Source: Takakia lepidozioides (Eukaryota; Plantae; Bryophyta). Taken from it: 64,000 nt of DNA. The notes beneath the pieces are model-generated. The model worked only from the letters and a program-made list of their open reading frames with translations. It made no database searches and had not been told where the DNA came from. The stretch spans positions 8,184,001 to 8,248,000 of the forward strand of contig CM060734.1 in assembly GCA_030704615.1 (NCBI GenBank), written 5' to 3'. The position numbers and the translations under genes were made by a program. The number at the start of each line of letters is the position of its first letter. The stretch's first letter is position 1. This document shows, one piece after another, positions 47,753-59,280 of this stretch.

Positions 47753-48246
47753 CTTGTATTCATAAGGCACAGGGCTAAAGATTTGTTTGCACAATCAGGA
47801 CAGTAGACGTGCTTCAAATGCAATTCACGTGGATCAATAAAAACCCCATTGTGCCCTCTTTTTGTTCTATTCTGTATCCATCGTTCCCAGAATGCATCAT
47901 TCCTCATTTCGTTTGGGATTGGGAGTGTGGGTGGATTTTGCAAGTGGCTGGTAGGCTGAAATGGGCCCCCATTGTACAGAGCAGTACCACCCTACCATTC
48001 GCGAAACATTGCCTTTCAATATGTAATTCTAAAAAACATTGCCGAACCTCCTTCATCGGGAGGTCCTTCTCCCCCTATGACCGTGACACCCTAAACCCTA
48101 TTCCCGCGGACACTCATTTCCGGAAAATAGTCCCCCTCATGTTTTTTTTGACACTTACGACTCTGCTCATGGCTCATGGCTCATGAAATAGCAGCCCCCA
48201 TTCCACAGCAAGAACAGTATGTAACCACGAGGTTACAATCGCATCA

Positions 48247-49593
48247 TTGGAAGATCAAAAGACGATCTTAGTTCGCCAATACAACACTTTGATACAACGC
48301 AGAGACGAGTGGGAACAGAAGTGGCAAAGACAGAGAGACGAAACATGCCATGTCCAAGCCGACCTCGATGCGGAAAGAGAGCGATCTCAGAAAACGGAGA
48401 CAAAGGTGGAAATGCTCACAGGACAGGTCCAGACACTTAAGGAGCAGGTGGATACACTCAAGGGGCAGCTGAAGATTGCCAAAGACCAGGGAAGCAAGTG
48501 GCTCTCATGCAACACTGTACTGCTGAGGGAAAGGGAAAATGCTAAAAGCAGGCTGTTCACAGCCACCACAGAAAGGGACATTGCCGTAGGCAATGAACAA
48601 GAATGGAAACAACAGCTGGAGAAGCTGACATTGCAAGCAGGGCTGGACGCAGCAGACGCAGCCTTAGCCCGAGCATGGTTGAGTGAAGGGAGTGAACTGG
48701 AAATGAAGAAACTCAACAGGGCAATGGTAAGACAAATGAAATGTCAATTGGCAAAGTTGGTGACAGACATTCACGAGGAATTCTTGCCACCAATTCCAAA
48801 ACAAGATGAGCTCATGGACGAAGACGACCAAGAGGAGCAAGACCATGAACAAGAAGCACCAATACAATCAACAACAACAACACCAGCACAAACACCACCA
48901 ACAACACAACCACCACAAAGTCAACAGGCACTGGTACAGGCCACAGCAGGGCCATCTACTCAGGAGGAAAACCCCGTACCATTACCGAGTGTTCTGGTGG
49001 CATCAACTTCAGTAGCAATGGATGATTTCCAAATCATGCCATGCAAGCAGGATGGGGAGTGGCTAAAGTATTCAGAGGATTACTTTAAAATGATGGTAGT
49101 CCCAGCTCACCAAATCCCAAAAATACTAGAAAAGGTATTCAAAACCTTAACCCCCTGCAGGTCACTCGGTCAATTACATCTGCTCAATCAAACTCTCATA
49201 CCTTTGAGATACAGGATGAGGCCACTGGCTAGGGAGGAGACATGGTCAGGGGCAGAATCGGTTGTATTCTGGCGCCAGGCTCCCATGGAGTACAAGGAGC
49301 TGGTCGCTTACATGTGGGCAGTGGGGCAATTGAAGATTAATCCTACCCCAGCAGTAGACATTGTAATGGGCTCCCCAAGTTTTTATATTGGCAGTTACTT
49401 GTATCGAATGTTCGTGACAATGAGGGGAAGCTGGCAGCGCTATGAGAGTATTGAAAAAAATACTCACTGGGAATTACCCAAATTCCAGCCACCAGAGAGA
49501 GTCGCAGGCACTTCAACATATACGAACAGACCACTATATGTTGAAGCATGGCGCCAGGTGAAAGACCACCCTTTCAGAGAAATAGGGACGTAA
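48247..49593 (+). CDS. Coiled-coil accessory ORF of an LTR retrotransposon (upstream of PPT and 3' LTR)
   Basis: 448-codon open frame: coiled-coil N-half, Q/T/P linker, globular C-half. Lies ~320 bp before the PPT. Confidence 0.65.
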   Translation: MEDQKTILVRQYNTLIQRRDEWEQKWQRQRDETCHVQADLDAERERSQKTETKVEMLTGQVQTLKEQVDTLKGQLKIAKDQGSKWLSCNTVLLRERENAKSRLFTATTERDIAVGNEQEWKQQLEKLTLQAGLDAADAALARAWLSEGSELEMKKLNRAMVRQMKCQLAKLVTDIHEEFLPPIPKQDELMDEDDQEEQDHEQEAPIQSTTTTPAQTPPTTQPPQSQQALVQATAGPSTQEENPVPLPSVLVASTSVAMDDFQIMPCKQDGEWLKYSEDYFKMMVVPAHQIPKILEKVFKTLTPCRSLGQLHLLNQTLIPLRYRMRPLAREETWSGAESVVFWRQAPMEYKELVAYMWAVGQLKINPTPAVDIVMGSPSFYIGSYLYRMFVTMRGSWQRYESIEKNTHWELPKFQPPERVAGTSTYTNRPLYVEAWRQVKDHPFREIGT

Positions 49594-49913
49594 GCTGTTA
49601 ACTGGTTAGTGGGCAGTAGGGCGACTAAAAACATTATACCTTGGACCAAGGAGGAGAAAACCTACCGAGAAACCTTGACCACCAAAATCGACATGGTACG
49701 TGGGGACGGAATAGCAGAACACCCTGATGACGAAAGCTGACCCATTCACGAACCACAGGAGCAACCAGACAGTGATGACAATAGAAACAAGAAGCTGCCA
49801 CCACAACAATCCTGGGACGCACTTCCTACCCAGCAGACAGGCATGCCACCACCCTATATCCCCAAGAGATACAGCAAGCACAGGAACTGACGAAATTGTG
49901 CGGACACAATTTC

Positions 49914-50767
49914 AAAAGAGGGGGGGGAATAAATGATAATGGCTAAGCTACGAGGGCCAGACAGCGAGGGTCACAACGGGACATACCGGGTGGTGATTGG
50001 TGTACAGTACCTGATCACGAGCAGAAAAGACTAAGTACGCGGCACTTAGCAAATGGTGGAACAAGGGTACATTACCATGATAGCATCGGCTTTTACTAAT
50101 AGAGGAAGTAGTGAAGGATCGTGGACCGTGTTACTATGGCACACGACCACTACAACGAGCCATTTTTTTAGCAAACCCTTTAGGTTGCGTAGGCAGTTAG
50201 GCAACGGTCATTAACGACTGCAGGCTGTAACGGCTCTTTCGAACATAGTATAAAAGGGTTGCACGCAACTTAGAAGGTATCAGTGATCAGTATGTATTCA
50301 GTGGACTTAGAGTGATTTGATGTGTACTTATGCTATGATGTGATGAACTCTGAAGTAAAGCCATGCTATTCGAAGTATCTATGTGTAGAGTGAACGTGAG
50401 ATGGAGAGAATGTGCATTATGAGAGAACGTGAGATGGTGAGAATGTGTATCATCTTAGAATAGCTCTTGTCTTGTCTTGACTACCATCTGATTATATGAA
50501 CAAAGAGGCTTCAGTCTTTCTGACTAAGATCTTTTAGGCCAATGAGACTATAGGTTGGGCTTAATCAATAGGATTAAGCAACCTGTACAGATATTGATTC
50601 ATACGACAGCAATGGTTTAGCTATCCTTAAAACGATTACTTTGTAATCGTTTCTGAAAGCATACCGTCAGACAATCTCTGTTGCATGTCTTGGGAAATGG
50701 GCAGTAGTGCTGAGAGCCTGTTTTGTCTAAGTCATAAACTAGCGGTTAACAGTTAGTTTTCTAGACA
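49914..50767 (+). mobile_element. Polypurine tract (49914-49929) and 3' LTR (49934-50767)
   Basis: AAAAGAG-poly(G)-AA, then TGATAATG ... TATAAAAG (~50249) ... CTAGACA. The right end is inferred from the CA. Confidence 0.75.
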
Positions 50768-51759
50768 GGGCTAGTTGATGTGGTCGACTATAGGAGCTGC
50801 AGGTGTAGTAATTGCACATGCAAGTGGGGTTTGGGTTTTAAGGCAGTTTTTGTGAAAATGTGGCTCTTCTTGCTTTTGGGAGATCGTAGTGAGGTAGAGA
50901 AGTAGAGGTGGTGATGGTGACATGAAGGAGAGACTTGGGCTTTAAGCTTCAGACTCGGTATTTTGTGTAGAGGAAGGATTATGCTGATGAAGAAGTAAAA
51001 ATCGACTGTTTGGGTCACTGCTTGGTTTTTGTGTCTGGAATCGCACTTGCATGATGCATTAGTTCCTACATTGTTGCCATTAGGAAAGTCTGATTGCAGC
51101 TATGGTCAGTTTGAGCATGTAAAGGGTGTGGGTGCAATAGCTGGGAAATTAGGGCATGTATGTAGTGCATCACTCAAACCACCTAGTGGGGAAACTTCAC
51201 ATTGCATAGATGGAATATTAGGGTGCATCTGTAAAGGGCAACATTGTTATTGCTTCCAGAGATCAGTCAAACCCGAAGCTCGTGCGTAACGGACGAGTGT
51301 CTTGGATCTGACCTTTGGACTCGAGAGGTAAAAGATGAGAGAGAGTGAGAGAAAATGAGCTGATGTCGGGTAGGCTCGGGTAGTTCGATCAGGTTGTTTG
51401 ACGGGGTGCCATGAATACAAGAGGGTGACGGCTCTTCACGGGCAAGGCCCACCTTTCAAGGGAAAATCTGTGAAGGCTATGCTGGGTGTTTTGCAACATG
51501 CGTGATCACATGCAAGACAATTGATTATCTGTGACGGATGTGTGTCCTACCTATGTCTTCTCTTCCGCTGCGGCATGGGTGGGACGGAATGGTACTCTGG
51601 TGATTTGAAGTGAATGTCGTGGGAAATGTTTTGCCCCTTTCTTTCACACCACATTATCTTCTTCGGTGAGATCTGCAACGTCATTCTCATCGACAATACA
51701 CTAGCTCCTGAACTCCGACTTACTCTTCCTGCAGAGACCTTGTTGCCTACTTTGCAAGG

Positions 51760-52331
51760 ATGTCGTGCTTCTGGGACGCTGATGACTACCCTTATGGAGG
51801 CGTCGACTTTGAAACGTTTACGCCGTCAGCGGGGACATCGTTATCTGGCTGACAGTTTTCAACGACAATTCAGGGGCGAGGTGGGAATCATTGACATCGC
51901 TGGAGTATTTGCCAGGCTACTACGCTTTCGAGCAGGGTGACAGTGGCGGTCTACCGAGTCCGTGGCTCCTGCATGTCCTTGACTCCGATTTTCCCACGTA
52001 CGGTGGGCACCAGGAGAGATTACGCACGGCTATGCTGTTGCGGTGGAACTGCTGCTAGTGGACCTGGGAGGACTCCATCTCCGAGACATACACTCCTGAA
52101 CGAGTCCGCACCTCTTATCCAGTGAATGGGGACATTCGTATTCAAATGGAGCACGGAAACAGCGGGGCAATAGTGAAGCTTTCCATATTCCATGGTGGTT
52201 TGATTGAAGGGCACGACATTGTTGTCCACTTGAATAGAGGCGTGAGAACGGCTGCTATCGAGTTTACCTGGAGGAGGCCCATGACGCATGACCTCGTCTT
52301 CACAGCAGTCAAAGTTCCTACTCCTTCATGA
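51760..52331 (+). pseudogene. Orphan protein X, copy 3 (one frameshift, one CAG>TAG stop)
   Basis: MSCFWDADDYPYGG../DIVIWLTVF..RWESLTSLEYLPGYYAFE..RWNCC*WT..GGLIEGHDIVV. Confidence 0.8.
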
Positions 52332-52780
52332 CTTCGCTCCAGAAGGCATAAGGCTGACCATTTGCATGCACCATCAGTACAGTAGACGTGCTTCTTATGT
52401 AATTCATGTGGATCAATAAATATATCCATTGTGGCCTCATTTATGTGGAATTTGCATCCTTCTTTTTGACAATGGATAACTCGTCATATCGTTTGGGGGT
52501 GGATTGGGGGTGGATTGGGGGTAGATTGTTTCTTACCATGATTTTGTGCAACCAACAACAACACACACTTACTCGTCTCCACTGGACATGTGCCGCACTT
52601 GGGATATAAAAGGGCGATGCAATCCCGGGATAGAATTTGATTTTCGCAATTCACCCAACAGTGTACATAACGAGAATATTGCCAAATTAATGTGAGTGAG
52701 TGTGGTTGCAGTACACTATATATGCGCACATTACATCCTCCATCCCGTATGGGATTGCGCACTAAGGCACGGAATGTGTA

Positions 52781-53396
52781 GTCGGCGCCAATTTAGTGGT
52801 TGCAAGTGTCAGGCAGGCCATAATCGGCATCCGATTGTTGCCTGCAGTAACATATAATCGGCGCCGATTACATGTACGAAAACCCTTCCATTTGGTCGGA
52901 TTAATGTATGAAGACTGTCCCTGAAGGAAATCGGCGCCGAATTGAATGCCTGAAGCCCTTCGGAGTATGTAAATGGAGCCGTTTGTTCGCAAGGGGACCA
53001 GCGGAATTGTGCAGCACACTCGTTGAACAATATTGCAGATGCAAGTTGCCACCAATTGCAATGAATGTACTCTCTGCAATCATGTAATCGGCGCTGATTC
53101 TATGTGCCAGTTGCCTTCGAATGGCCAAACATAGTCATTGAACAGTTTCCCTTAAGCACATTGGTGCCGACTGAATTTTGTGCAAGTACTGAATCGGCGC
53201 CGATTATAGGCACCGGCACCTCTGGAATTTTGGAGGATCCCGTTTAAACAATGTCCGTCAGCACTAATGGGCAACAATTTGAAATAATCAACTCGCTGGA
53301 AGCATATAATCGGCGCCGATTATAGCAACCTTGAGGAAGGGAACAGCGTCGGCTAGTGGCACGAGACTTTCCCTTCACGGAAATCGGCGCCGATTT
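52781..53396. promoter_or_regulatory. Array B of dispersed palindromes, consensus AAATCGGCGCCGATTT
   Basis: 9 sites here; more in introns (55158-55433, 55874-56092, ~57405) and downstream (58453-58686). Confidence 0.85.
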
Positions 53397-54156
53397 GAAT
53401 GATTCATGCCTTCAGATGTTTCGTAGCCCAAACCCGGTTCGGTAGTTTTCTGTTTGGCTGGGATTACGGGGTCATGGTCTGGTTTCACTCCACTTCACTA
53501 AGTGAAGCCACGGCGGGGAATTCCCCTTGCACTGGAAGCGGTAGTAAGAACGGGAAACTCGCGGACGGCGTGAAGGACGTAGATGTCGTTGCGGATGAGA
53601 ACATTTGCAATTCCTCATTTGTGCATGATGAAAAATCGTGTTGGGGATGGAAGTATTTATGTCGTACATTGAAAGGGGATGGAAGTATTTCTGTCGTGCA
53701 TTGAAAGGGCAGAGGGCTCCCATGCACTGGACCCATCCCTGTTCGCCACTTGCCGTGATCGTATTTGGTTTTTGAATTTGAATCCGGATGGCGATGCGGA
53801 AAGTTGCGTCGCCCCGCTGTAGGGACCCCTTGCAGGCTACGCTCCCCCCGATTTCCATTCGTTGCACTAATGATTTGTTGACACTTGCCTTCATCGAAAT
53901 GGCATTTCAAATTTAATGCGAATCGTGATGCAGAACGCCGCGTCGAGCGCCAAATAGGGACCCGTTGGAGGCTACTCTTTCCCCTCACACCGCCTCGACA
54001 AAGAGAGGAGGTGCCTTCACAATTGCAGACTTCTTCCCCCTTGCTTCGTCCTCGTCCCACCTTGCACTTCGAGTACACGCCCCTGCACGCCACTCTGTTC
54101 CGAAGTTCCATTCATTTGTCCGCGTCTACATTCGCCCTCACACAACTCCGGAGAGG

Positions 54157-57100
54157 ATGGAGCATTCGCATGATCATTCCAAAGAAATGGATCCTCATGC
54201 ACAGGTCTCAGAAGCTGTTGGGCGGGTTCTGCAGCGGCAAAGTCACGACATCTCAAGGAAGTAGCCAGGGAAGAGGGCGGTCATCGACGAGAGGTCGGAG
54301 TGGAGGAAGGGCTGGCAGTGAATCACTCGGGCTTGGAAGAGGCGCCATTACGCCTCCACGGTCACGGAACGCAAGTCCCATGAGCGTCAATGCTCCTCCT
54401 TCCCCTGGAGCTGCAAGCTCGCACGGTGGAAGTCAAGGAGAACTTGGTGGAATCCATGAGCAGCCTGAGGTCTCCACAGACCCTACAGCCGCGGATGTTG
54501 TGCTCACAGCGGATCATCGGCGAAAGGCTATCGAGCTGATGTCGTCAAGTGCCTTGAATCACACATACTCCTCCATCTCCAAACTCTTGCGGAAGGGCCA
54601 ACCACCAAGAATCCCATTATGCAGAATGAAACCACTGCCCGCAGTTTGAAAAGCGGAGAGGCCGGGCATAGACAGGTTGAAGCTGTACTTTGAAATGGCT
54701 GGATACAACGATGCATTGGCCTCCTTCCTTCTGGCCACCAATGACGGGTCCGGGAGAGAGATTCCCATCACAGATTCCGACAAAGCACAATGGGGCACTC
54801 AGTGGCAACTTGTTGATGCGCGATTTGAAGAGCGAATTGCAGGAACGGAATGGGAGTTCCTCTCAAACAAATGGTTGTACATATTTGATGGCAACCATAG
54901 ATGGCTGGCGTGGATGGAGGTTATCAACGAGCAACACCCCATTGATTTCGAGTGGCACATTTGTGTCAACTCGAAGATCATGGATGTGAAGAACGAAGAC
55001 TTGCCTATTGTCCGTGCGGCAATGAGACGCACGAACCAGTAAGTGTTTTTCTCTTATTCTGTTTCCCATTGTGTGAGCTCATCTGAGCATTGCAAGGATT
55101 TTAAAGGGAATGAAGCAATCCAGATTTGTGCTCATGTGAGCGTCCCACAGGGAATTCGGCGCCGGTTTGTAATGGGCTTTTGGCTGTGGACTGCTTTTGA
55201 CTGTTGAATCGGCGCTATTTTAACGTTTGTAGTGTGACACTTGTTTTGAAATTGGCAGCTTCGAGATGTCTGCTTACAAAAATTGGCGCCAATTTGCAGT
55301 GTGTTTTTTCTTTGTTGTTATATTTGGCTAGTGTACTGCTCCGTGACTGTTTCGTTTTATGGTCTTTTCCGAGTATTTTCACTGCCATAGCCAATGCCAA
55401 ATTCACTGTAGGACTTCTGAAGTTCAGTAGTCGGCGCCGATTTGCTGGTCCTCTGACAGTGGTGTTGTCAACGTGATCTTTCATCAGCGTAACATCGGAG
55501 GGAAATGTAAAAACGGACCTTTCCCACAAACTTTTCTACTTCCAGATTTGCGCAATGACACCTCTCGAACAATACGAAGGAGTATTCTCTTCGGAAGTCT
55601 TTGAGAAATGCAAGAACAAGCGGGACAGCTGGATGACTCTCACTCGTGAGGCACTCGTTGAGTACATTGGCGCAGACGACTTGCAAAAAATGACAAACTT
55701 GACATTGGCGGCTTACGCTCATCACCAGAGAATAAGAAGCTCATCGACGAGGCGCTGCAGAAGAACCTAGCCGCTTATCGAACAAAAATGCACAGCAAAA
55801 TAGGAAAGTACAGCGCCATCTGTGATCCCCGAGACTACCTATGTAACTGTCATAGCAACTTGCTTGGGAAGTCGGCACCGATTCCCCATTTGCTTTCGCG
55901 ATTTCAATGTTGTGGTTCGGTGGCCGTGAGGAATTGGCGCCGATTATCCTTGCCTGCATTTACTTCCATGATGTCTAAAATACAATCTGCCCCAGATATA
56001 GGAGGTTGTTGTTTTCCCTTACAACTGCAATCGGTTTACATTATCCTTTGTTACAAGTGCAATTCTCTGTAATTGTGTTCCATGGGAAATCGGTGCCGAA
56101 ATCTCCAGCAATGCCTTCGTTCAACTAGTTTTCTAATAAGGTGGCATTTGGAACAGGTATTGTAATTTTTATTTGCAGCCACATAGGTATATCGCCAGGA
56201 TGCCTGCAATACTGATAGTGTGGGCGGGGTCGAGGCCAAAGTGCTCCATGTACAACGGCAAACAGCTTGTGGAGTATACTGAGATTGTTAATGAGCAATG
56301 CTACTGGTGGCTGGACTGTCCACCGAATTTTATTCCGAAATAGGAGTCTAGAATACATGCGCTGTACATTCGTACAGGGACACTAGATGCCAATCCACTT
56401 CCGCCTATCTCCGAGAGTCGCCGAGGAGAGTTGATAAATGCAGCCGCGCAGAATTTGGAGCATGCGGAAGAGACCTTACAGACAGCAGCAACTCAGCAGA
56501 AAAAAAGGACCAAAAAACAGAAGCAAAAGAAGGTCGCGCGTACGGGGATCGACACTTCTCCTGGAGCTCTGACACGGGGGAGGCGCGGCCAAAACGAGGA
56601 CGAAGAAATGGGTGTGGGGGGCGACCAGGGAAATATCGGCCCTCCAGCGGTGGCTTCCGAAGAAGCCATCACAAACCAACTCACGAATATGGACCTACAG
56701 AGAAGGCAACGGTCATTGTCACGAAACGCGTTAAAAGGAACAGGCAGAGGCGCAGGAGGCAGACAAATGATGATTGTGAGCGATGCATACGAGGCGCGGC
56801 CGTTGCAAGAGATGGTTCCTGCTATGGAGGTAATCTGCATGCCCTGTGATTTTTACAAGCTTGTTGTCCAGCATATGTAAACGAGAGGAGGGAATGCACC
56901 GTGGCCGAAAGAAGCAGAGATGGTCTCTGCTTTTCTGAAAAAACACCCCAGTCCTTCCAGACAGTCCGTGCGGCGTTCCCTTGCAGTGGAGTCCAGTAAG
57001 GCAGGAGCAGGTCTTGTTTTGGTAGATATTCCAGATGGTCAACAGGTTCCCGGAAGTGGGTTTGTAGGGATTCCTCCGTGGAATGTGAAACGGGAGCAGA

Positions 57101-58175
57101 TTCTAATCTACGCTCTGGCCTTGTCCGGGCATTTGCTCGACGATGCGGGTTGCCTTGTTCTTTTCTGCAAAAGGGGCCCTCAAACAGAAATGGAGGTATT
57201 GCGCAAAATAGGCTCCGAAGGGAGCCCATTCACATATATTAGAAAAAAGTGGACTTGCATGAATTCCATTCCTCTTCACACGGGCCTCGAGTCTCAAACC
57301 ACGGTATCGTTTCCGTAACTTCTCATTTGATTTTCTGTCTTTTGTAGCTGCAGTCTATGCTGTTCCGGGATTGTCATGTGGGCCACTTATGGCCTTCCCA
57401 TAAATCGGCGCCAAATTCAGGTCTGCACTCAGTTCTGAATGTTGCCAATCGATGCCAGCTTACAAGTGCTGCTTGTTTGCAGACACGCATCTTTTATGCT
57501 TTTTGCCTTCAAAAATCGAAGACAAAGTCGGCTGGCTTCAATGAGCGCGGTAAGTTACTCGATCATGACTTCAACCTGGTGGAGGACGACATAGTACGCA
57601 ATGTTGTTCCTCAAGAGAGATTGGCCAAACGACTGGATGGTTCTCTATACAGGGGTGGTCACGAGAAAAGCCCTCAGTTCATGCAGGTATTTCTTGAGAT
57701 TTGCTGCTCGGATGGTGGGAGGGTGGTGGACCTGTCTGCAGGAACTAGGGCATCAATGATAGCTGCTCAAGTTTGTGGAAGACATCTCATTGCACTGGAA
57801 GGTGACACTGAACTTTACCCCGAGAAACTCCAGGAATGAGTGGCAAAGCAGGCCAAATTAGTGCAAAAGGTACAACCCCATCTACTCAGTCCACCGCAGC
57901 CTTACATGCTTCCATCATATGCTGCACAAATCGCAGAGGACGATGCCATTCAACCAACTCAAGGGCTTCATATAGTACCAATGTGGCCAGTTCAGAAGAG
58001 ATCTAGAAGACTACGGAGAAAGCTGAGGGAGTATTTGGATGTCTTTGCATCGGAGGTCAGTGCCAGCCCAGATCCGTCTACGGAGACTAACCTCGATGAA
58101 GTCATTCAGAGCGTAGTGTCAGACATTCGTGGGATCAGTAGCCAAGCAAGTACCGAAGATAGCTCTTCCCTGTAG
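54157..58175 (+). pseudogene. Spliced ParB/Srx-like + beta-class N6A/N4C methyltransferase-like fusion gene, copy 2
   Basis: RIPLCRMKPLPAV*(CGA>TGA)...LYIFDGNHRWLAW; LVLVDIPDG; GHEKSPQFMQVFLEICCSDGGRVVDLSAGT..AAQVCGRHLIALEGD. At least two intron positions shared with copy 1. Confidence 0.8.
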
Positions 58176-59280
58176 CTAGAAAAGTTTTCTCCAAGTTTTC
58201 TCTTGCAACTTTTCAGGATAATTTGTAAGTAAAGATCACATTTTTATTCATGCTTTCCTCTCGGAGCCACGCATGTACTGGTTCAGTGAGAGGCCGACTT
58301 CGTAAATGTCACTCCGGGCCAATCTGTCAACCCTCCATTTGCCTAATGACAGATAATCGCAAATTGTATTGAGAGCACATGACAGTTCGGGCATCGGTGT
58401 AATGCAGTTATCAACTCAGATGAGGATTCCCGCTTCTTGCACATAGCAAATCGGCGCCGATTTCCGATGGGGTCAAGGCTTATAGCATATCAGCATTTTC
58501 ACAGTCTATTCCCGATTTTAAGAGTTGTGCAGGGTCTGACAGCTATTTGATAAATCGGCGCCGACTTCCCTCCTGCAGAGCAAACCGTCCCCTGGCAGTC
58601 CACACCCTTAGGACTCTTTTTCCGCGGAATTACAAACAGTGCCTATTACCGCGGCACGGTGTCCACCCATAATTTCCTGCAATTCGGCGCCGATTTCCCA
58701 TAATTGTGTCGTGTGCTTGTCCGTGTTGCTGCTGCATTTTCCTTAAAAAATGTGCTCCATGAACTCAAAATTGCCTCAAAATTGTGCCATTTCAGACTCT
58801 GCTCATGCTTATTTCTGCTCATGCTCATGCTTAGCTGTGCTCATGGCTCATGGAGTTTACGGACCCGTGGCGAGGTGCGACTGGCCAGTCGCGCCGCGCT
58901 GGCACGTGGCGAGGCGTCATTGGTCTGTCGCGCCTTTTCAAGCATAATGCCATGTTAGGGGGGGGCTATATAAACCATTCCCCCTCCCTTTGTGATCATT
59001 TTTTCCCCTCTCGTGGTGCGGTTCTTTGGCATTCTGTAGTCCTTTCGGACTTCGTTGCTTGGCACTGCCAACGGGAGGTGCGAAGATGATTTTTTTTTGG
59101 GGGGGCGTTTGGTCGGTTTTCTATTGGTCAGTCCCACACCCTTGTTCACGGTTCAATCATCATAGCACCGATTTGCCGTTTTCGGATCTTCGGTGACCTA
59201 TTTTTTTGCAGAAAACTTCCACACGCGTCCATTGCCGTTTTCTGAGGTTTTGTCCCTTGTACTGGGCAAAGGTTTATACA

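Noticed and set aside
47707-47943. Conserved antisense ORF behind X (FIDP.ELH.KHVYC, also 52142-52429)
   Set aside because: Not conserved in X copy 1; explained by shared 3' UTR/poly(A) signal sequence.
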